50,611 bases of DNA from Acidobacteriaceae bacterium (lineage in GTDB: Bacteria; Acidobacteriota; Terriglobia; Terriglobales; Acidobacteriaceae): positions 1 to 50,611 of the forward strand of contig DAHWKP010000159.1 in assembly GCA_027343585.1 (NCBI GenBank). The letters are read 5' to 3'. This document shows, one piece after another, positions 18,434-28,354 of this stretch. The notes under the pieces were generated by a model. The model was given only the letters and a program-made list of their open reading frames with translations, did not search any database and was not told the DNA's origin. A program made the translations under genes and the position numbers. Every line of letters begins with the position of its first letter. Position 1 is the stretch's first letter.

Positions 18434-18976
18434 ATGCGCAAATCCTTTTGGATCGCCATCCTAATGCTCGTACTGCCGCCAACGTTCGCCTACGCGGACG
18501 GATCGTGGACGCTGGAAAAATCCTCGCTCACCTACACGGTGACACACCCGCTACATGTCATTCATGGCACCAGCCACGCGGCGCGCGGCAAGGGGGTTTG
18601 CAACGCCGGGCAATGCAATTTTCTGGTTGCTGTGCCGGTGCAGACCTTCGACTCCGGCGACAGCAACCGTGATCTACACATGCTGCAAGTAACGCGCGGC
18701 GCGCAGTTCCCCATGGTCACCGTGCGCCTGAGCCTGCCAGAGTCCCAATTGAATGGCCCGGTGCTGCATTGCGACTTGGAGATTCAATTCTCCGGCCAGA
18801 CCGTGCAATACAAACAGGTGCCCTTCACCCAAACCATACAGGGCAAGGAGCGGCACATTGTGGGAACAATTCCCGCCACGGTTTCGGATTTCAAGATTGA
18901 TCCGCCATCCTTTTTTACCGTGCCGATCCGCAATGAGATTCCCATCCAAGTGGATGCAACCTGGCAACAACAGTAG
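18434..18976 (+). CDS. YceI family (polyisoprenoid-binding) periplasmic protein
   Basis: Signal peptide MRKSFWIAILMLVLPPTFAYA and the motif FDSGDSNRDLHM, characteristic of YceI-like lipocalin-fold proteins. An AAGGAG Shine-Dalgarno sequence lies upstream. Confidence 0.75.
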   Translation: MRKSFWIAILMLVLPPTFAYADGSWTLEKSSLTYTVTHPLHVIHGTSHAARGKGVCNAGQCNFLVAVPVQTFDSGDSNRDLHMLQVTRGAQFPMVTVRLSLPESQLNGPVLHCDLEIQFSGQTVQYKQVPFTQTIQGKERHIVGTIPATVSDFKIDPPSFFTVPIRNEIPIQVDATWQQQ

Positions 18977-18997
18977 CAGCAGTCTTACAATAGGCGC

Positions 18998-19768
18998 ATG
19001 GACACATTGGTCATCGCAGGCAAGGCCTTTCAGTCGCGGCTGATCGTTGGCACAGGCAAATATAAAGACGGAGCCGAGACACAGCGTGCCATCGAAGCCA
19101 GCGGCGCGGAGATGGTCACTGTGGCTGTACGCCGCGTCAATCTTGACCGCAGTAAAGAGTCCCTGTTGGACTTTATCGATCCGCGTAGATATTTTTTGCT
19201 GCCGAATACAGCGGGTTGCTATACCGCAGAAGAGGCCATTCGCGCGGCACGCTTAGGGCGTGAAGTTGGACTCTCCGACTGGGTAAAGATTGAGGTCATC
19301 GGAGACCAGCAGACGCTGTATCCGGACGTGCAGGCAACGCTGGAAGCCACGCGTGTGCTGGTCAAGGAAGGCTTCACGGTTTTGCCCTACACCTCCGACG
19401 ACATCGTGGTCGCGCGCAGGCTCATCGATGCAGGCGCAGCAGCGGTAATGCCGTTGGGAGCGCCCATCGGCAGTGGTTTAGGGATCCAAAACACGGCCAA
19501 TCTGCGCATTCTGCGTGAGCGCATCACGGAAGTTCCCCTGATCGTGGACGCCGGCGTGGGTACGGCTTCGGACGCATCCATTGCCATGGAACTGGGCGCG
19601 GATGCCGTGTTGATGAACTCTGGCATCGCCCATGCGAACAATCCGGTGCTGATGGCAGAAGCCATGCAGCACGCTGTGCTGGCCGGACGACAGGCATATT
19701 TGGCTGGAAGAATGCAGCGGAAGCTGTATGCAACCGCCTCCTCACCCCTGGAAGGAATCTCGCGCTAG
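18998..19768 (+). CDS. thiG: thiazole synthase
   Basis: [24 protein letters not shown]..., LLPNTAGC and [14 protein letters not shown] are typical of ThiG. Length is 256 aa. Confidence 0.95.
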   Translation: MDTLVIAGKAFQSRLIVGTGKYKDGAETQRAIEASGAEMVTVAVRRVNLDRSKESLLDFIDPRRYFLLPNTAGCYTAEEAIRAARLGREVGLSDWVKIEVIGDQQTLYPDVQATLEATRVLVKEGFTVLPYTSDDIVVARRLIDAGAAAVMPLGAPIGSGLGIQNTANLRILRERITEVPLIVDAGVGTASDASIAMELGADAVLMNSGIAHANNPVLMAEAMQHAVLAGRQAYLAGRMQRKLYATASSPLEGISR

Positions 19769-19785
19769 TACTTGCGCACACCACC

Positions 19786-20292
19786 GTGCGAATCCTTGGC
19801 ATTGATTGCGGGACGCAGTTTACGGGCTACGGCATCGTGGAAAGCGATGCCGCAGGCAGGCTAAGCGCCATTGACTGTGGTGCGATTCATCTGCAAAAGC
19901 GGACGGCGATGCCAGAACGCCTCTGCACAATTTTTTCTGAACTCACCACGTTGATCGTGCGCCATGCACCCGACGTGGTCGTTATTGAAGAGGTCTTCCA
20001 CGCGGCGAACAGTCGTACGGCACTGCTGCTGGGCCAGGCGCGTGGCGTAGCGCTGCTTGCCGCCGCGATGCAGAAAATCACCATCGCCGAATACGCACCG
20101 CTTGCGATCAAGTCCGCAGTTACCGGCTATGGATTGGCCGACAAAGAGCAGGTGCGATTCATGGTAATGCGGCTCCTGCAACTCCACACCCCGCCAGAGC
20201 CGCTCGACGCATCCGACGCATTGGCGATTGCGATTTGCCATGCGCACCATGCGCAAACCGCAGCAGCGCAACTTCGTTCCCCACAGCGATAG
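19786..20292 (+). CDS. ruvC: crossover junction endodeoxyribonuclease RuvC
   Basis: GTG start. RILGIDCGTQFTGYGIVE and the catalytic acidic residues in EEVF and DASDALAIAICH are present. Length is 168 aa. Confidence 0.9.
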   Translation: MRILGIDCGTQFTGYGIVESDAAGRLSAIDCGAIHLQKRTAMPERLCTIFSELTTLIVRHAPDVVVIEEVFHAANSRTALLLGQARGVALLAAAMQKITIAEYAPLAIKSAVTGYGLADKEQVRFMVMRLLQLHTPPEPLDASDALAIAICHAHHAQTAAAQLRSPQR

Positions 20293-20304
20293 AGCACGCC
20301 AGAA

Positions 20305-21339
20305 TTACTGTCTCCACAGCACGGCATCAAATGTATGCAGGGTTCGGTACCCCATGTCTGTGTAGAGTCGTATGGCGGCTTCGTTATTCTCGGTCGCCGT
20401 CAACGTTGCCAGCGTGCAGCCGAGCGCGCGTAGACTTTGCGCTCCCGCCTCCAGCAGCAAACGCCCCAAACCTCGCTGACGCAAATGCGGAGCCACGCAG
20501 ACTTGCGTGATGTGTCCGGCCTCTTCACTGATGCGCGAAGCGAGCAGCAGAGCCTGCAACGTGCCGGTTTTCTCATCCAGAACCACCCAGGAAGCATCCG
20601 CTGCGAATTGCCCGCATCCGGGAAAACGCACAATGTTATGCAGAAAACGGCTCGCTCCCGCAACGGAACAATATTGATCATTAATCGTGCTGTCAATGTT
20701 TCCGGCATAGGCTGCCGTAATGTTGTGTGCAGCGGCGTCAAAGTCGCTGTCTTGCCAGCGGCGCAGCAGCAGTGTGCCCTCAAAGAGCAGGCGTTCCCGG
20801 GCAGGTTCTTGCGTCCGGTGCTCCAAACTGCTAACGAGGTACAACCGCTTGTAGAGATCAAAGCCAGCTTGCGCAAAGCTGGCGTGGTGTTGTCCGTGCG
20901 GATGGAGTAGAAATTGCGCCTCAATTCGCTCGATACCCGGCGTGGCGCGCAGCGTCTCTAAAAGATGATCCAGCAGCTTCTTTTCCACCCCCGCAGTGGG
21001 GAGGGTTGCCTGCGCGCGCGTTGCAAAGACATCGCCCACGATGGCCTTGGCCTGTTCCTGCACGCAAAAGGTGTAGCCGCAGACCTTGCCCTGATCCACG
21101 GCCACATAGCCGATGAGCAGATGTGAGTCGACATATTGCAGCAGCAGGCTGGCCGAGCCGCGGTAGTCCCAATGCAGACGTTCGCGCCACAACGCACTCT
21201 CTTCGTCGAGCAGCGCGCGCAGGTCCTGGGCGCGAAAATGGCGCAGGTCTAAAAATTCGAGTTGGAGAGAAGAAGCCACGACACTCAGAGCAAGGCAAAC
21301 AAAGCAACCGCGCAGCGGCATTTTCCATGCACAAAACAC
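20305..21339 (-). CDS. GNAT family N-acetyltransferase (two acetyltransferase-like halves)
   Basis: The C-terminal half carries an acetyl-CoA binding-like motif VAPHLRQRGLGRLLLE. The N-terminal half shows a second GNAT-like fold pattern (IGYVAVDQGKVCGYTF...). The exact start is uncertain. Confidence 0.6.
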   Translation of the reverse strand: MFCAWKMPLRGCFVCLALSVVASSLQLEFLDLRHFRAQDLRALLDEESALWRERLHWDYRGSASLLLQYVDSHLLIGYVAVDQGKVCGYTFCVQEQAKAIVGDVFATRAQATLPTAGVEKKLLDHLLETLRATPGIERIEAQFLLHPHGQHHASFAQAGFDLYKRLYLVSSLEHRTQEPARERLLFEGTLLLRRWQDSDFDAAAHNITAAYAGNIDSTINDQYCSVAGASRFLHNIVRFPGCGQFAADASWVVLDEKTGTLQALLLASRISEEAGHITQVCVAPHLRQRGLGRLLLEAGAQSLRALGCTLATLTATENNEAAIRLYTDMGYRTLHTFDAVLWRQ

Positions 21340-21538
21340 AGCCAGCGCTCAATGCAATGAGTGTAGGGGATGCTGCAGCGAAGTGGAAGCATTTTTCTTG
21401 GAACGAATCCAGACCAGCAACCTGTCTCATTCTGCCCATGATTGCTGCGCTTGGCTTTGATTGAGCCATCGAAGCATGCAATGTTTACGCTGAACATGCG
21501 AAAATGCAGCATCCCATGTTTTCTTCTGTGGAGGATGG

Positions 21539-22834
21539 ATGCATCCAGCTCTGGTTATAGCGTTTGTGGGAGCGTTGGTCTTTGGTGCGCACCTTTTTGT
21601 ATCTTTGTTTACCAAAACGCGCGTGCCCGATGTACTGCTGCTCATCAGCATTGGACTGATTCTAGGTCCGCTGACGCATCTGGTCAGTCCTGCCGATTTT
21701 GGCAGTGTTGGCCCGGTGTTTACCACCGTCACGCTGGTGCTGATTTTGTTTGAAAGTGGCACAGGACTCCGCGTAGAGACGTTGCAAAAGGCGCTGCCGG
21801 GAACATTGCGGTTGGCCACGCTCAACTTTGTTGGTACGGCCGTAGTGGTAGCCCTGGCCGCGTGGAAGCTGGCACACTTGGGGCCAATGCGCTCCTTCAT
21901 TCTGGGCTGCATTTTAGGTGGAACCTCGCCAGCCGTGGTGATCCCGATGTCCAGTCAGTTGGGAATGTCCGAGGACGCGGCGGCAATCTTGTTTCTGGAG
22001 TCTTCCGTAAGCGACGTGCTGTCGATTGTCTTTGCGCTCGCGCTGCTGGATGGTCTGCGCTTGGGCAGTGTTCGCTGGGGGAATGTGGCTGGCTCCGTGG
22101 TGGCCTCGTTTCTCATCGCATCGATCATTGGTGTGCTCGGCGCACTACTTTGGTCCAGCGTTTTGAACCGTACCCGCGCATTGCAGAACGCGATGTTCAC
22201 CACGGCGGCCTTCGTGTTTTTGATCTATGGCATCACAGAGATGTTGGGCTACAGCGGAGCCATCGCTGCGCTAGCCTTTGGCATTGGCCTGGGCAATGAA
22301 CTCTGGTTGAGTCAGGTGATTGCTAAGAAGATTCCTTTTCTGGATCCAGTGGGGCTGAATGAAAATGAGAAATCCTTCTTTTCTGAGATCGTATTTTTAC
22401 TGAAAACATTTTTCTTTGTCTACATTGGCCTATCCATTCAAGTCCACAACCGGTGGTGGATCGGGTTCGGATTTGCCGTCACGGTACTGATCTACATATT
22501 GCGCATTCCGATTGTGCGCTATGGAGTTGCACGCACGATCTCGCAATCCGATGCGAGCCGCATGGCGGCCATGGCACCCAAGGGATTGGCGGCGGCGGTG
22601 CTGGCCGGCATTCCCTTGCAGCAGGGCGTGCAGGGAGGCGACCTGATCCAAAACAGCACCTATGCCGTGGTGCTGTTCAGCATCGTCTTCACATCCTTTT
22701 TGATATTTTTGCAGGATAAAACGCCAGTGGGTGCTGGATATAAACGCATCTTCCGCAGCTTTGGGACCGCGGATACACCCGTGCCTCAGGCCATTCCAGA
22801 AACGGTACCCTCGGATATCGGCAACGATCTTTGA
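21539..22834 (+). CDS. cation:proton antiporter (Na+/H+ exchanger family)
   Basis: 431 aa with about 11-12 TM segments. N-terminus resembles CPA-type antiporters: LFTKTRVPDVLLLISIGLILGP. GGAGG precedes the ATG. Confidence 0.8.
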   Translation: MHPALVIAFVGALVFGAHLFVSLFTKTRVPDVLLLISIGLILGPLTHLVSPADFGSVGPVFTTVTLVLILFESGTGLRVETLQKALPGTLRLATLNFVGTAVVVALAAWKLAHLGPMRSFILGCILGGTSPAVVIPMSSQLGMSEDAAAILFLESSVSDVLSIVFALALLDGLRLGSVRWGNVAGSVVASFLIASIIGVLGALLWSSVLNRTRALQNAMFTTAAFVFLIYGITEMLGYSGAIAALAFGIGLGNELWLSQVIAKKIPFLDPVGLNENEKSFFSEIVFLLKTFFFVYIGLSIQVHNRWWIGFGFAVTVLIYILRIPIVRYGVARTISQSDASRMAAMAPKGLAAAVLAGIPLQQGVQGGDLIQNSTYAVVLFSIVFTSFLIFLQDKTPVGAGYKRIFRSFGTADTPVPQAIPETVPSDIGNDL

Positions 22835-22852
22835 TGGATGGAACCGAACGAA

Positions 22853-24559
22853 TTATTTTGCGAAGACGCGATACACAACCAGATTTTGCGGTGCATAGCC
22901 AAAGAGCGGCTCATATTGTCGACCCGCCAGCGTAGCGCGCAACGTGGGAACGGCACGATCGCTGACAACGAGAATGTGCTCGGCGGCGGGAATGCCATCC
23001 TTCCCATAACTGGGAATGCGCTGATTGCGATAAAAGGCTAATCCATACCAGACATCACGCCGAGCCTGATCCACGCAAACCAGCGGCGGGGCATTAGGGA
23101 TAGCTGCGATTTGCCCAGCCAGTGTGCGCGCAGAATAAATCTGATCGAGTAGCTGCCCGTTGCGCGTGCCCAGCAAAAAGACCAAAGCCAACAGAACGGG
23201 AACCAAGGTTGCAATACGCAGGCGCCCTGTTCCATAGCGCAAAACCACCACAGGAATGGCAATGGTAAGGGCCAGCGCAATCATGCCTGCGGCCACCAAC
23301 ACCTGCGTCGGCGGCAGGGCATGCGGATGCACCAGCACATGCGGAAAAATGAGCGCCGTAAAGACCAAGAGTCCCGCCGTTCCCGCGTGGGCCAGCAATA
23401 GCCAAGGATGCAGACCGCGTACGCGGATTCGGTTCAAATAATCGCCGGTCAAAATGGTGATGGGCGGAATCGACGGCAGGATGTAGCCGGGAAGCTTGGA
23501 TTGCGAAAAGCTGAAAAAGAGCACCGGAAACACGGCCCAGAGCACAAGAAACTCAGGGAAAGCGTCGCCTGCGCGCGGTGTGCCCACATAGCGATGCGGT
23601 GCGCAACGCACACGCCATTCATCCAGAGAGTTACGAATAGCTTCTGCAAAAGCACTGCACGCGATCACCGTCCACGGCAGCAGCGCAATGCAGAGCACCG
23701 GCAGGTAATACCAGAATGCCTGGGAATGGTGGAAGCGATCCGTGGCGAAGCGTTCCAAATTATGCTGCAAAAAGAATACGCGCAGAAATTGTGGGTTGCG
23801 ATGCTGCACGGCAATGAACCAGGGCAGTACCATCGCCAGATAGAGCAGCACGCCCGGCAGCCAGATGGTGCGGCGCAGCAATGACCACTCCCGGCGCAGT
23901 GCAGTGAAGAGAAAAATAATGCAGAAGGCCAGCGCGGGAGCAACCGGCCCCTTGGCCAGCGTGGCCGCGCCTACAAAAAAATACAGGTCAAAAAGCCAGA
24001 ATTTTTTATTCGTCTCATACCAGGCGTACCAGCCCAGCATGCCAATACAAAACGGTGCGGCCAGCTGCATATCCGTGGACGCACCACGGGCAAAGCTGAT
24101 AATGCCGACACAGGAAGCCGTGATGAGCGCGGCCTCCAACTGCCCACCAAAACGAAAACGGCGCATGTGCAGATAGATGAGCAGGATCAGCGCAAAGGCG
24201 AAGCTGGCCGAGGGCAACCGCGCCGCCCAATCATGCACCCCAAACTCTTTAAATGCGAACATCGCACGCCAGTAGTAGAGAGCTGGCTTTTCCAGCCAAG
24301 GCTTCCCGTATAGGATGGGCGTTACATAATCGTGCCGCGCGAGCATCTCGCGGGCCACTTGCGCGTAGCGAGGTTCATCCGCGCCAACCAGGCCTAACAC
24401 GCTGCCACCCAGTAGTGGCACCAGTCCAAAAAAGATGAAAAGTGTGGTGAACACCAGCAGCACGGCTACCTCGGCCAGCATGGCCGCGTTGGGGTTTTGC
24501 CAATAGCTGCCGCCGGGCAAGTACTGCTTCCACGTCTCCTGTTGTGTGCGCTTGCCCAT
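22853..24559 (-). CDS. glycosyltransferase family 39 (ArnT/PMT-like, polyprenyl-phosphate-sugar dependent)
   Basis: Polytopic membrane protein with the first-loop motif GADEPRYAQVAREML, typical of ArnT/PMT GT-C enzymes. Start is either the ATG at 24559 (MGKRTQQ...) or 24616. Confidence 0.8.
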   Translation of the reverse strand: MGKRTQQETWKQYLPGGSYWQNPNAAMLAEVAVLLVFTTLFIFFGLVPLLGGSVLGLVGADEPRYAQVAREMLARHDYVTPILYGKPWLEKPALYYWRAMFAFKEFGVHDWAARLPSASFAFALILLIYLHMRRFRFGGQLEAALITASCVGIISFARGASTDMQLAAPFCIGMLGWYAWYETNKKFWLFDLYFFVGAATLAKGPVAPALAFCIIFLFTALRREWSLLRRTIWLPGVLLYLAMVLPWFIAVQHRNPQFLRVFFLQHNLERFATDRFHHSQAFWYYLPVLCIALLPWTVIACSAFAEAIRNSLDEWRVRCAPHRYVGTPRAGDAFPEFLVLWAVFPVLFFSFSQSKLPGYILPSIPPITILTGDYLNRIRVRGLHPWLLLAHAGTAGLLVFTALIFPHVLVHPHALPPTQVLVAAGMIALALTIAIPVVVLRYGTGRLRIATLVPVLLALVFLLGTRNGQLLDQIYSARTLAGQIAAIPNAPPLVCVDQARRDVWYGLAFYRNQRIPSYGKDGIPAAEHILVVSDRAVPTLRATLAGRQYEPLFGYAPQNLVVYRVFAK

Positions 24560-24703
24560 TATGGTCGGTGTTCTTTCCTTTCTGCAAAGCGTGATGGAAA
24601 CTCCCCTTCCATCCATGCGGAAGGCGCTGCTGATTTCAAATGCTCAGGGTATCAAGTCTGCTCTCGAAACGGAACCCATCTGCAGCATAAGGCCATCCTC
24701 AGA

Positions 24704-25732
24704 CTACGCCACGCCAAGCACGGACGTCTGCGACAGCCGCTGGCGCAATTCACGAAGAATCGTGTCAATGGCTGCAAACAGCGGGCCTTCCAGCGTGCAG
24801 CCGCTGGCATTGGCATGGCCGCCACCGCCCAAGTCCTCCGCCACGCTGGCTACGCTGAAGCTGCCCTTGCTGCGCAGGCTCAGGCGCAGCCGATGGTCGG
24901 GCAGCTCGCGCAGAAACACGGCCACTTCCACGCCCGCGATGCCAATCGCGTAGTTGACGATGCCCTCACAGTCCTCTTCGACCGCGCCGCAGCGCACCAT
25001 ATCGCCATGCGTCACCCAAAGCCAGGCAATCTTGCCTTCGAGTTGCAACGTGGCCAGCGCTGCGCCCAACAAGCGCATCTTTGATTGTGGATTGCTGAAG
25101 TAGACATCGCGCGCAATCTGCGATGGATCGGCCCCATGCTCCACCAAAGCCTGCGCCAGCGCGAAGGTTTGCGCCCGTGTGCCTTGATAGCAAAAAGCTC
25201 CTGTATCGCTCAGCAGCGCCGTGTACAGGCAGGTGGCCATCTCCGGGGTCACGGTGGCTCCCAGGCTTTGCGCTAAGCAATAGACGAGTTCCCCCACTGC
25301 ACTTGCAGGCGGATGAATCCAATTAATCGCGGCAAAATTGCGCCCACTTACATGGTGGTCAATGTTGAGCAGATACTGCCCCTCCAACCCGCGCAGGCGC
25401 GTGCGCTCGATGCCATCGCATTCGAGCAGCAGCACAGCATCATACGTTGAGTCGATGGATGGCGTGCAGCGAATGCGTTCCGCCCCGGGTAGTGTTCGAT
25501 AGATCGTGGGCACGCGGTCGCGCAGCGCCAAGTCCACCTGCTTGCCCATCTGCTCCAAGAGCAGCGCGCAGCCCAGCATCGAGCCGACCGCGTCCCCATC
25601 CGGGCGTGCATGCGCCGTGATCAGAAAGGTTTGGCGCTCTCGAATTGCCGTCAGCAATTCCACGGGGGCCTGTGCCGGGGCAGATGCGGAGCGCGAATCG
25701 GCATGTTTGTGATGCGCGCGACGCGACGTCAT
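24704..25732 (-). CDS. nrnA: DHH/DHHA1 bifunctional oligoribonuclease / pAp phosphatase NrnA-like
   Basis: Motifs HARPDGDAVGS, LNIDHH and GGGGHANASG. There is a 4-nt overlap with the rbfA stop codon, and rbfA-nrnA is a common pairing. Confidence 0.75.
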   Translation of the reverse strand: MTSRRAHHKHADSRSASAPAQAPVELLTAIRERQTFLITAHARPDGDAVGSMLGCALLLEQMGKQVDLALRDRVPTIYRTLPGAERIRCTPSIDSTYDAVLLLECDGIERTRLRGLEGQYLLNIDHHVSGRNFAAINWIHPPASAVGELVYCLAQSLGATVTPEMATCLYTALLSDTGAFCYQGTRAQTFALAQALVEHGADPSQIARDVYFSNPQSKMRLLGAALATLQLEGKIAWLWVTHGDMVRCGAVEEDCEGIVNYAIGIAGVEVAVFLRELPDHRLRLSLRSKGSFSVASVAEDLGGGGHANASGCTLEGPLFAAIDTILRELRQRLSQTSVLGVA

Positions 25733-26199
25733 GGCTCCGTATCTTTCTGGTGCGTAGCGGGCTGCGCTTCTGCGGCTTGCGCAGAAAGCGATGTAGCTTG
25801 CGCAGCGGATTGTGCAGCGGCGCGTGCCATGGTTCTCTTTGCGTTGCGCTCCGCGCGGCCCAGCAGCGCGTCCATGCGCGATTGAAACCGCTGCGAGCGG
25901 TCGATGGTAAATACCAGCTCCGGAATGTGGCGTTTTCCCAGCCGCTCCAGCAGCTCGTGGCGAATGTAGCCCTTGGCCGCCATCAGGCCGTCCAGCGTCT
26001 CGCGCTCCTCGTCGTCTTGGCCCTCAATGGCGATAAAGATCTGTGCCGACTTGCCGCCGGGCGCGATGGCAACCTCAGTGACATAGGCAAAGTGAATGCG
26101 TGGGTCGCTCAGCTCGCCTTCGATCATGGAACTGATCTCTTCGCGCAGCGTTTCCGCCATGCGGTCTTTATGATGCTTTTTTGCCCGATCTTCCGGCAT
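25729..26199 (-). CDS. rbfA: ribosome-binding factor A
   Basis: RMAETLREEISSMIEGELSDPRI...VTEV aligns by eye with the RbfA KH-like core. It has a C-terminal Ala/Gln-rich tail. Confidence 0.85.
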   Translation of the reverse strand: MPEDRAKKHHKDRMAETLREEISSMIEGELSDPRIHFAYVTEVAIAPGGKSAQIFIAIEGQDDEERETLDGLMAAKGYIRHELLERLGKRHIPELVFTIDRSQRFQSRMDALLGRAERNAKRTMARAAAQSAAQATSLSAQAAEAQPATHQKDTEP

Positions 26200-26407
26200 G
26201 GCTGCTCATTCTTTCTGTGCGCATCTGGCGTACGGCTTCGCACGCTACCAAAAAGCTGAGGATACCAGACATCCGGCTCCGAAGGAATGGAGTCCAGCCG
26301 TTAACCCTCGGGAAGCGAATCGGGGATTCCACGACGGCTGCAGCGAGCGGCAAGCGGCTTTGTGCAGGCCGAACCGCCAAAATCTTTTCAAGCGGCGAAA
26401 CGGTGCC

Positions 26408-26578
26408 GGATCCCCATCCTTACAGCGCAAGGGTGGGATGTACGGTGTCGGACAGCGACATTATTTTCCAACGAGAGCCTCACGCAGTCCCCCCTTCGCC
26501 AAGGTGCGAAGGATGGGGTACCTGCAGATTTTAGAAGTGCAAGAACCCAGGTCTCAAAAGCGAGACCTGGGGCACCCG
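26408..26578. repeat. cluster of three strong stem-loops with a shared GGATGGGG/TGGGGCACC box (REP-like elements or structured RNA)
   Basis: Hairpins cccatcc/gggtggg (26413-26437), ccttcgc/gcgaagg (26493-26512, followed by atggggtacc) and the perfect 10-bp cccaggtctc/gagacctggg (26546-26571, followed by gcaccc). ccccatcctt (26412-26421) is the reverse complement of aaggatgggg (26509-26518). Confidence 0.4.
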
Positions 26579-26681
26579 GAACCGGCACCTGGCACCAGAC
26601 ACCACGGCATCCAATAATCCAAGTACTCGCAGATTCCTATCCACTCAACCGGTCGATTTTTCTGCACGAGCGCAGACCTGT

Positions 26682-26710
26682 TTGCCGGAACGCACTGAAA
26701 ATCCTACAAT
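26682..26710 (+). promoter_or_regulatory. candidate sigma70-type promoter for guaB (TTGCCG-N17-TACAAT)
   Basis: Read directly from the sequence: -35 at 26682-26687, a 17-nt spacer, and -10 TACAAT at 26705-26710. It lies about 120 nt upstream of the guaB ATG. Confidence 0.35.
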
Positions 26711-26833
26711 CAGACATGCCCATCCTGAAGCCTTCCACCTGGCACTCACAGGCTGCAAGCAGCACCCAGCACCTGATTCCGGCAATGGCTCCGGCTTCGA
26801 CCCCAGCCCAGACCCAGCGATGGCCCAAATTTT

Positions 26834-28354
26834 ATGATTGAATTTCCCGTACCTGAAGCGCTGACCTTTGACGATGTGCTGCTCGTGCCGGCCTACAGCG
26901 ATGTGGTGCCCACGCAGGTGAGCACGCAGACACGCGTGACACGCAACATTACTGTCAACACTCCATTGCTGAGCGCAGCGATGGATACGGTTACCGAATC
27001 ACGGCTGGCCATTGCCATGGCCCAGCAGGGCGGCCTCGGCGTCATCCATCGCAATCTGACCATCGAGCAACAGGCCGGCGAGGTTGACAAGGTAAAGCGC
27101 TCCGAGAGCGGCATGATTGTCGATCCGGTGACAATCACGCCGGAGCAGCCCATCTCCGAAGCGCTCGATGTGATGCGGCGCTACAAAATCTCGGGCGTGC
27201 CGGTGACGAAGGACAAGAAGCTGGTCGGCATTCTGACAAATCGTGATTTGCGCTTTGAAACACGCACGCATATTCCCGTCAATGAGGTGATGACCAAGCA
27301 GAATCTCATCACTGTGGCGGTGGGCACCACGCTCGAAGAAGCAGAAAAAATTCTGCACAACCACCGCGTGGAAAAGTTGTTGGTGGTCAACGATCGCTAC
27401 GAACTCAAGGGCCTCATCACCGTCAAGGACATCCAAAAGAAGCTGAAGTATCCAAATGCAGCCAAAGATTCCCAGGGCCGTTTGCGCGTGGCCGGAGCCG
27501 TCGGCGCAACGGGAGATTTTCTGGAACGTGCGCAGGAGTTAGTGCGCAATCGCGTGGATGCGCTGGCTGTGGACTCTGCGCACGGGCACTCGTCGCGCGT
27601 GTTGGATGCAGTGCGCACGCTGAAGAAGCATTTCCCGCACATCGATCTGATGGCCGGCAACATCGCCACGTATGAAGGCGCGCTGGCTTTGATTGAGGCC
27701 GGAGCGGATGCGATCAAGGTCGGCATCGGGCCGGGATCCATCTGCACCACGCGCATGGTGACCGGCGCAGGGATGCCGCAGATCACAGCGATTTCCGAGG
27801 CCTACCGCGCGGCCAAACAACACAACGTACCCATCATCGCCGACGGTGGCATCAAGTACTCTGGCGATGTCGCCAAGGCCATAGCCGCCGGGGCCAGTGC
27901 GATCATGATCGGCTCCCTCTTTGCCGGCGTGGATGAAAGCCCGGGCGAGACAATTCTGTACCAGGGGCGCTCCTTCAAGACCTATCGCGGCATGGGATCT
28001 CTGTCCGCCATGGCGCAAGGCTCCGGCGAGCGCTACTTCCAAAGCGCAAGCGACATGGAAGAGCCAGAGGGGCGCACGTCCCTGACCAGTCGTGAAAACA
28101 CGGCGATGAACCGCTTGGCGAAGTTTGTACCCGAAGGCATTGAAGGCCGCGTACCCTATCGCGGGCCGTTGGAGTCCATGGTCTATCAGCTTGTCGGCGG
28201 CTTGCGATCGGGCATGGGCTACCTGGGCTGCGCAACTATTCCAGACATGCAGGAAAAGGCGCGCTTCGTGCGCATCTCCAATGCCGGACTGCGCGAGAGC
28301 CACGTACATGACGTTATCATCACGCGCGAGGCGCCCAATTATCATGTTGAGTAA
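26834..28354 (+). CDS. guaB: IMP dehydrogenase
   Basis: [14 protein letters not shown] at the N-terminus, tandem CBS region, catalytic loop [11 protein letters not shown], and GGIKYSGD. Length is 506 aa. Confidence 0.95.
   Translation: MIEFPVPEALTFDDVLLVPAYSDVVPTQVSTQTRVTRNITVNTPLLSAAMDTVTESRLAIAMAQQGGLGVIHRNLTIEQQAGEVDKVKRSESGMIVDPVTITPEQPISEALDVMRRYKISGVPVTKDKKLVGILTNRDLRFETRTHIPVNEVMTKQNLITVAVGTTLEEAEKILHNHRVEKLLVVNDRYELKGLITVKDIQKKLKYPNAAKDSQGRLRVAGAVGATGDFLERAQELVRNRVDALAVDSAHGHSSRVLDAVRTLKKHFPHIDLMAGNIATYEGALALIEAGADAIKVGIGPGSICTTRMVTGAGMPQITAISEAYRAAKQHNVPIIADGGIKYSGDVAKAIAAGASAIMIGSLFAGVDESPGETILYQGRSFKTYRGMGSLSAMAQGSGERYFQSASDMEEPEGRTSLTSRENTAMNRLAKFVPEGIEGRVPYRGPLESMVYQLVGGLRSGMGYLGCATIPDMQEKARFVRISNAGLRESHVHDVIITREAPNYHVE

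Noticed and set aside
18977-18997. TPP riboswitch or thiS upstream of thiG
   Set aside because: Only 21 nt separate the YceI-like gene from thiG, which leaves no room for a THI element or a thiS ORF.
26200-26833. tRNA, tmRNA, RNase P RNA or SRP RNA in the large rbfA-guaB gap
   Set aside because: I found no GGTTCGAATCC-like T-arm, no GAGGAAAGTCC (RNase P), no SRP GGAAG/AGCA tetraloop context and no tmRNA tag frame by eye. It is kept only as an unclassified structured or repeat region.
28125-28343. Upstream 73 codons of the 241-aa VanZ track ORF
   Set aside because: This part lies within the guaB coding region in another frame. The VanZ-like sequence and its first TM helix begin at the ATG at 28344.
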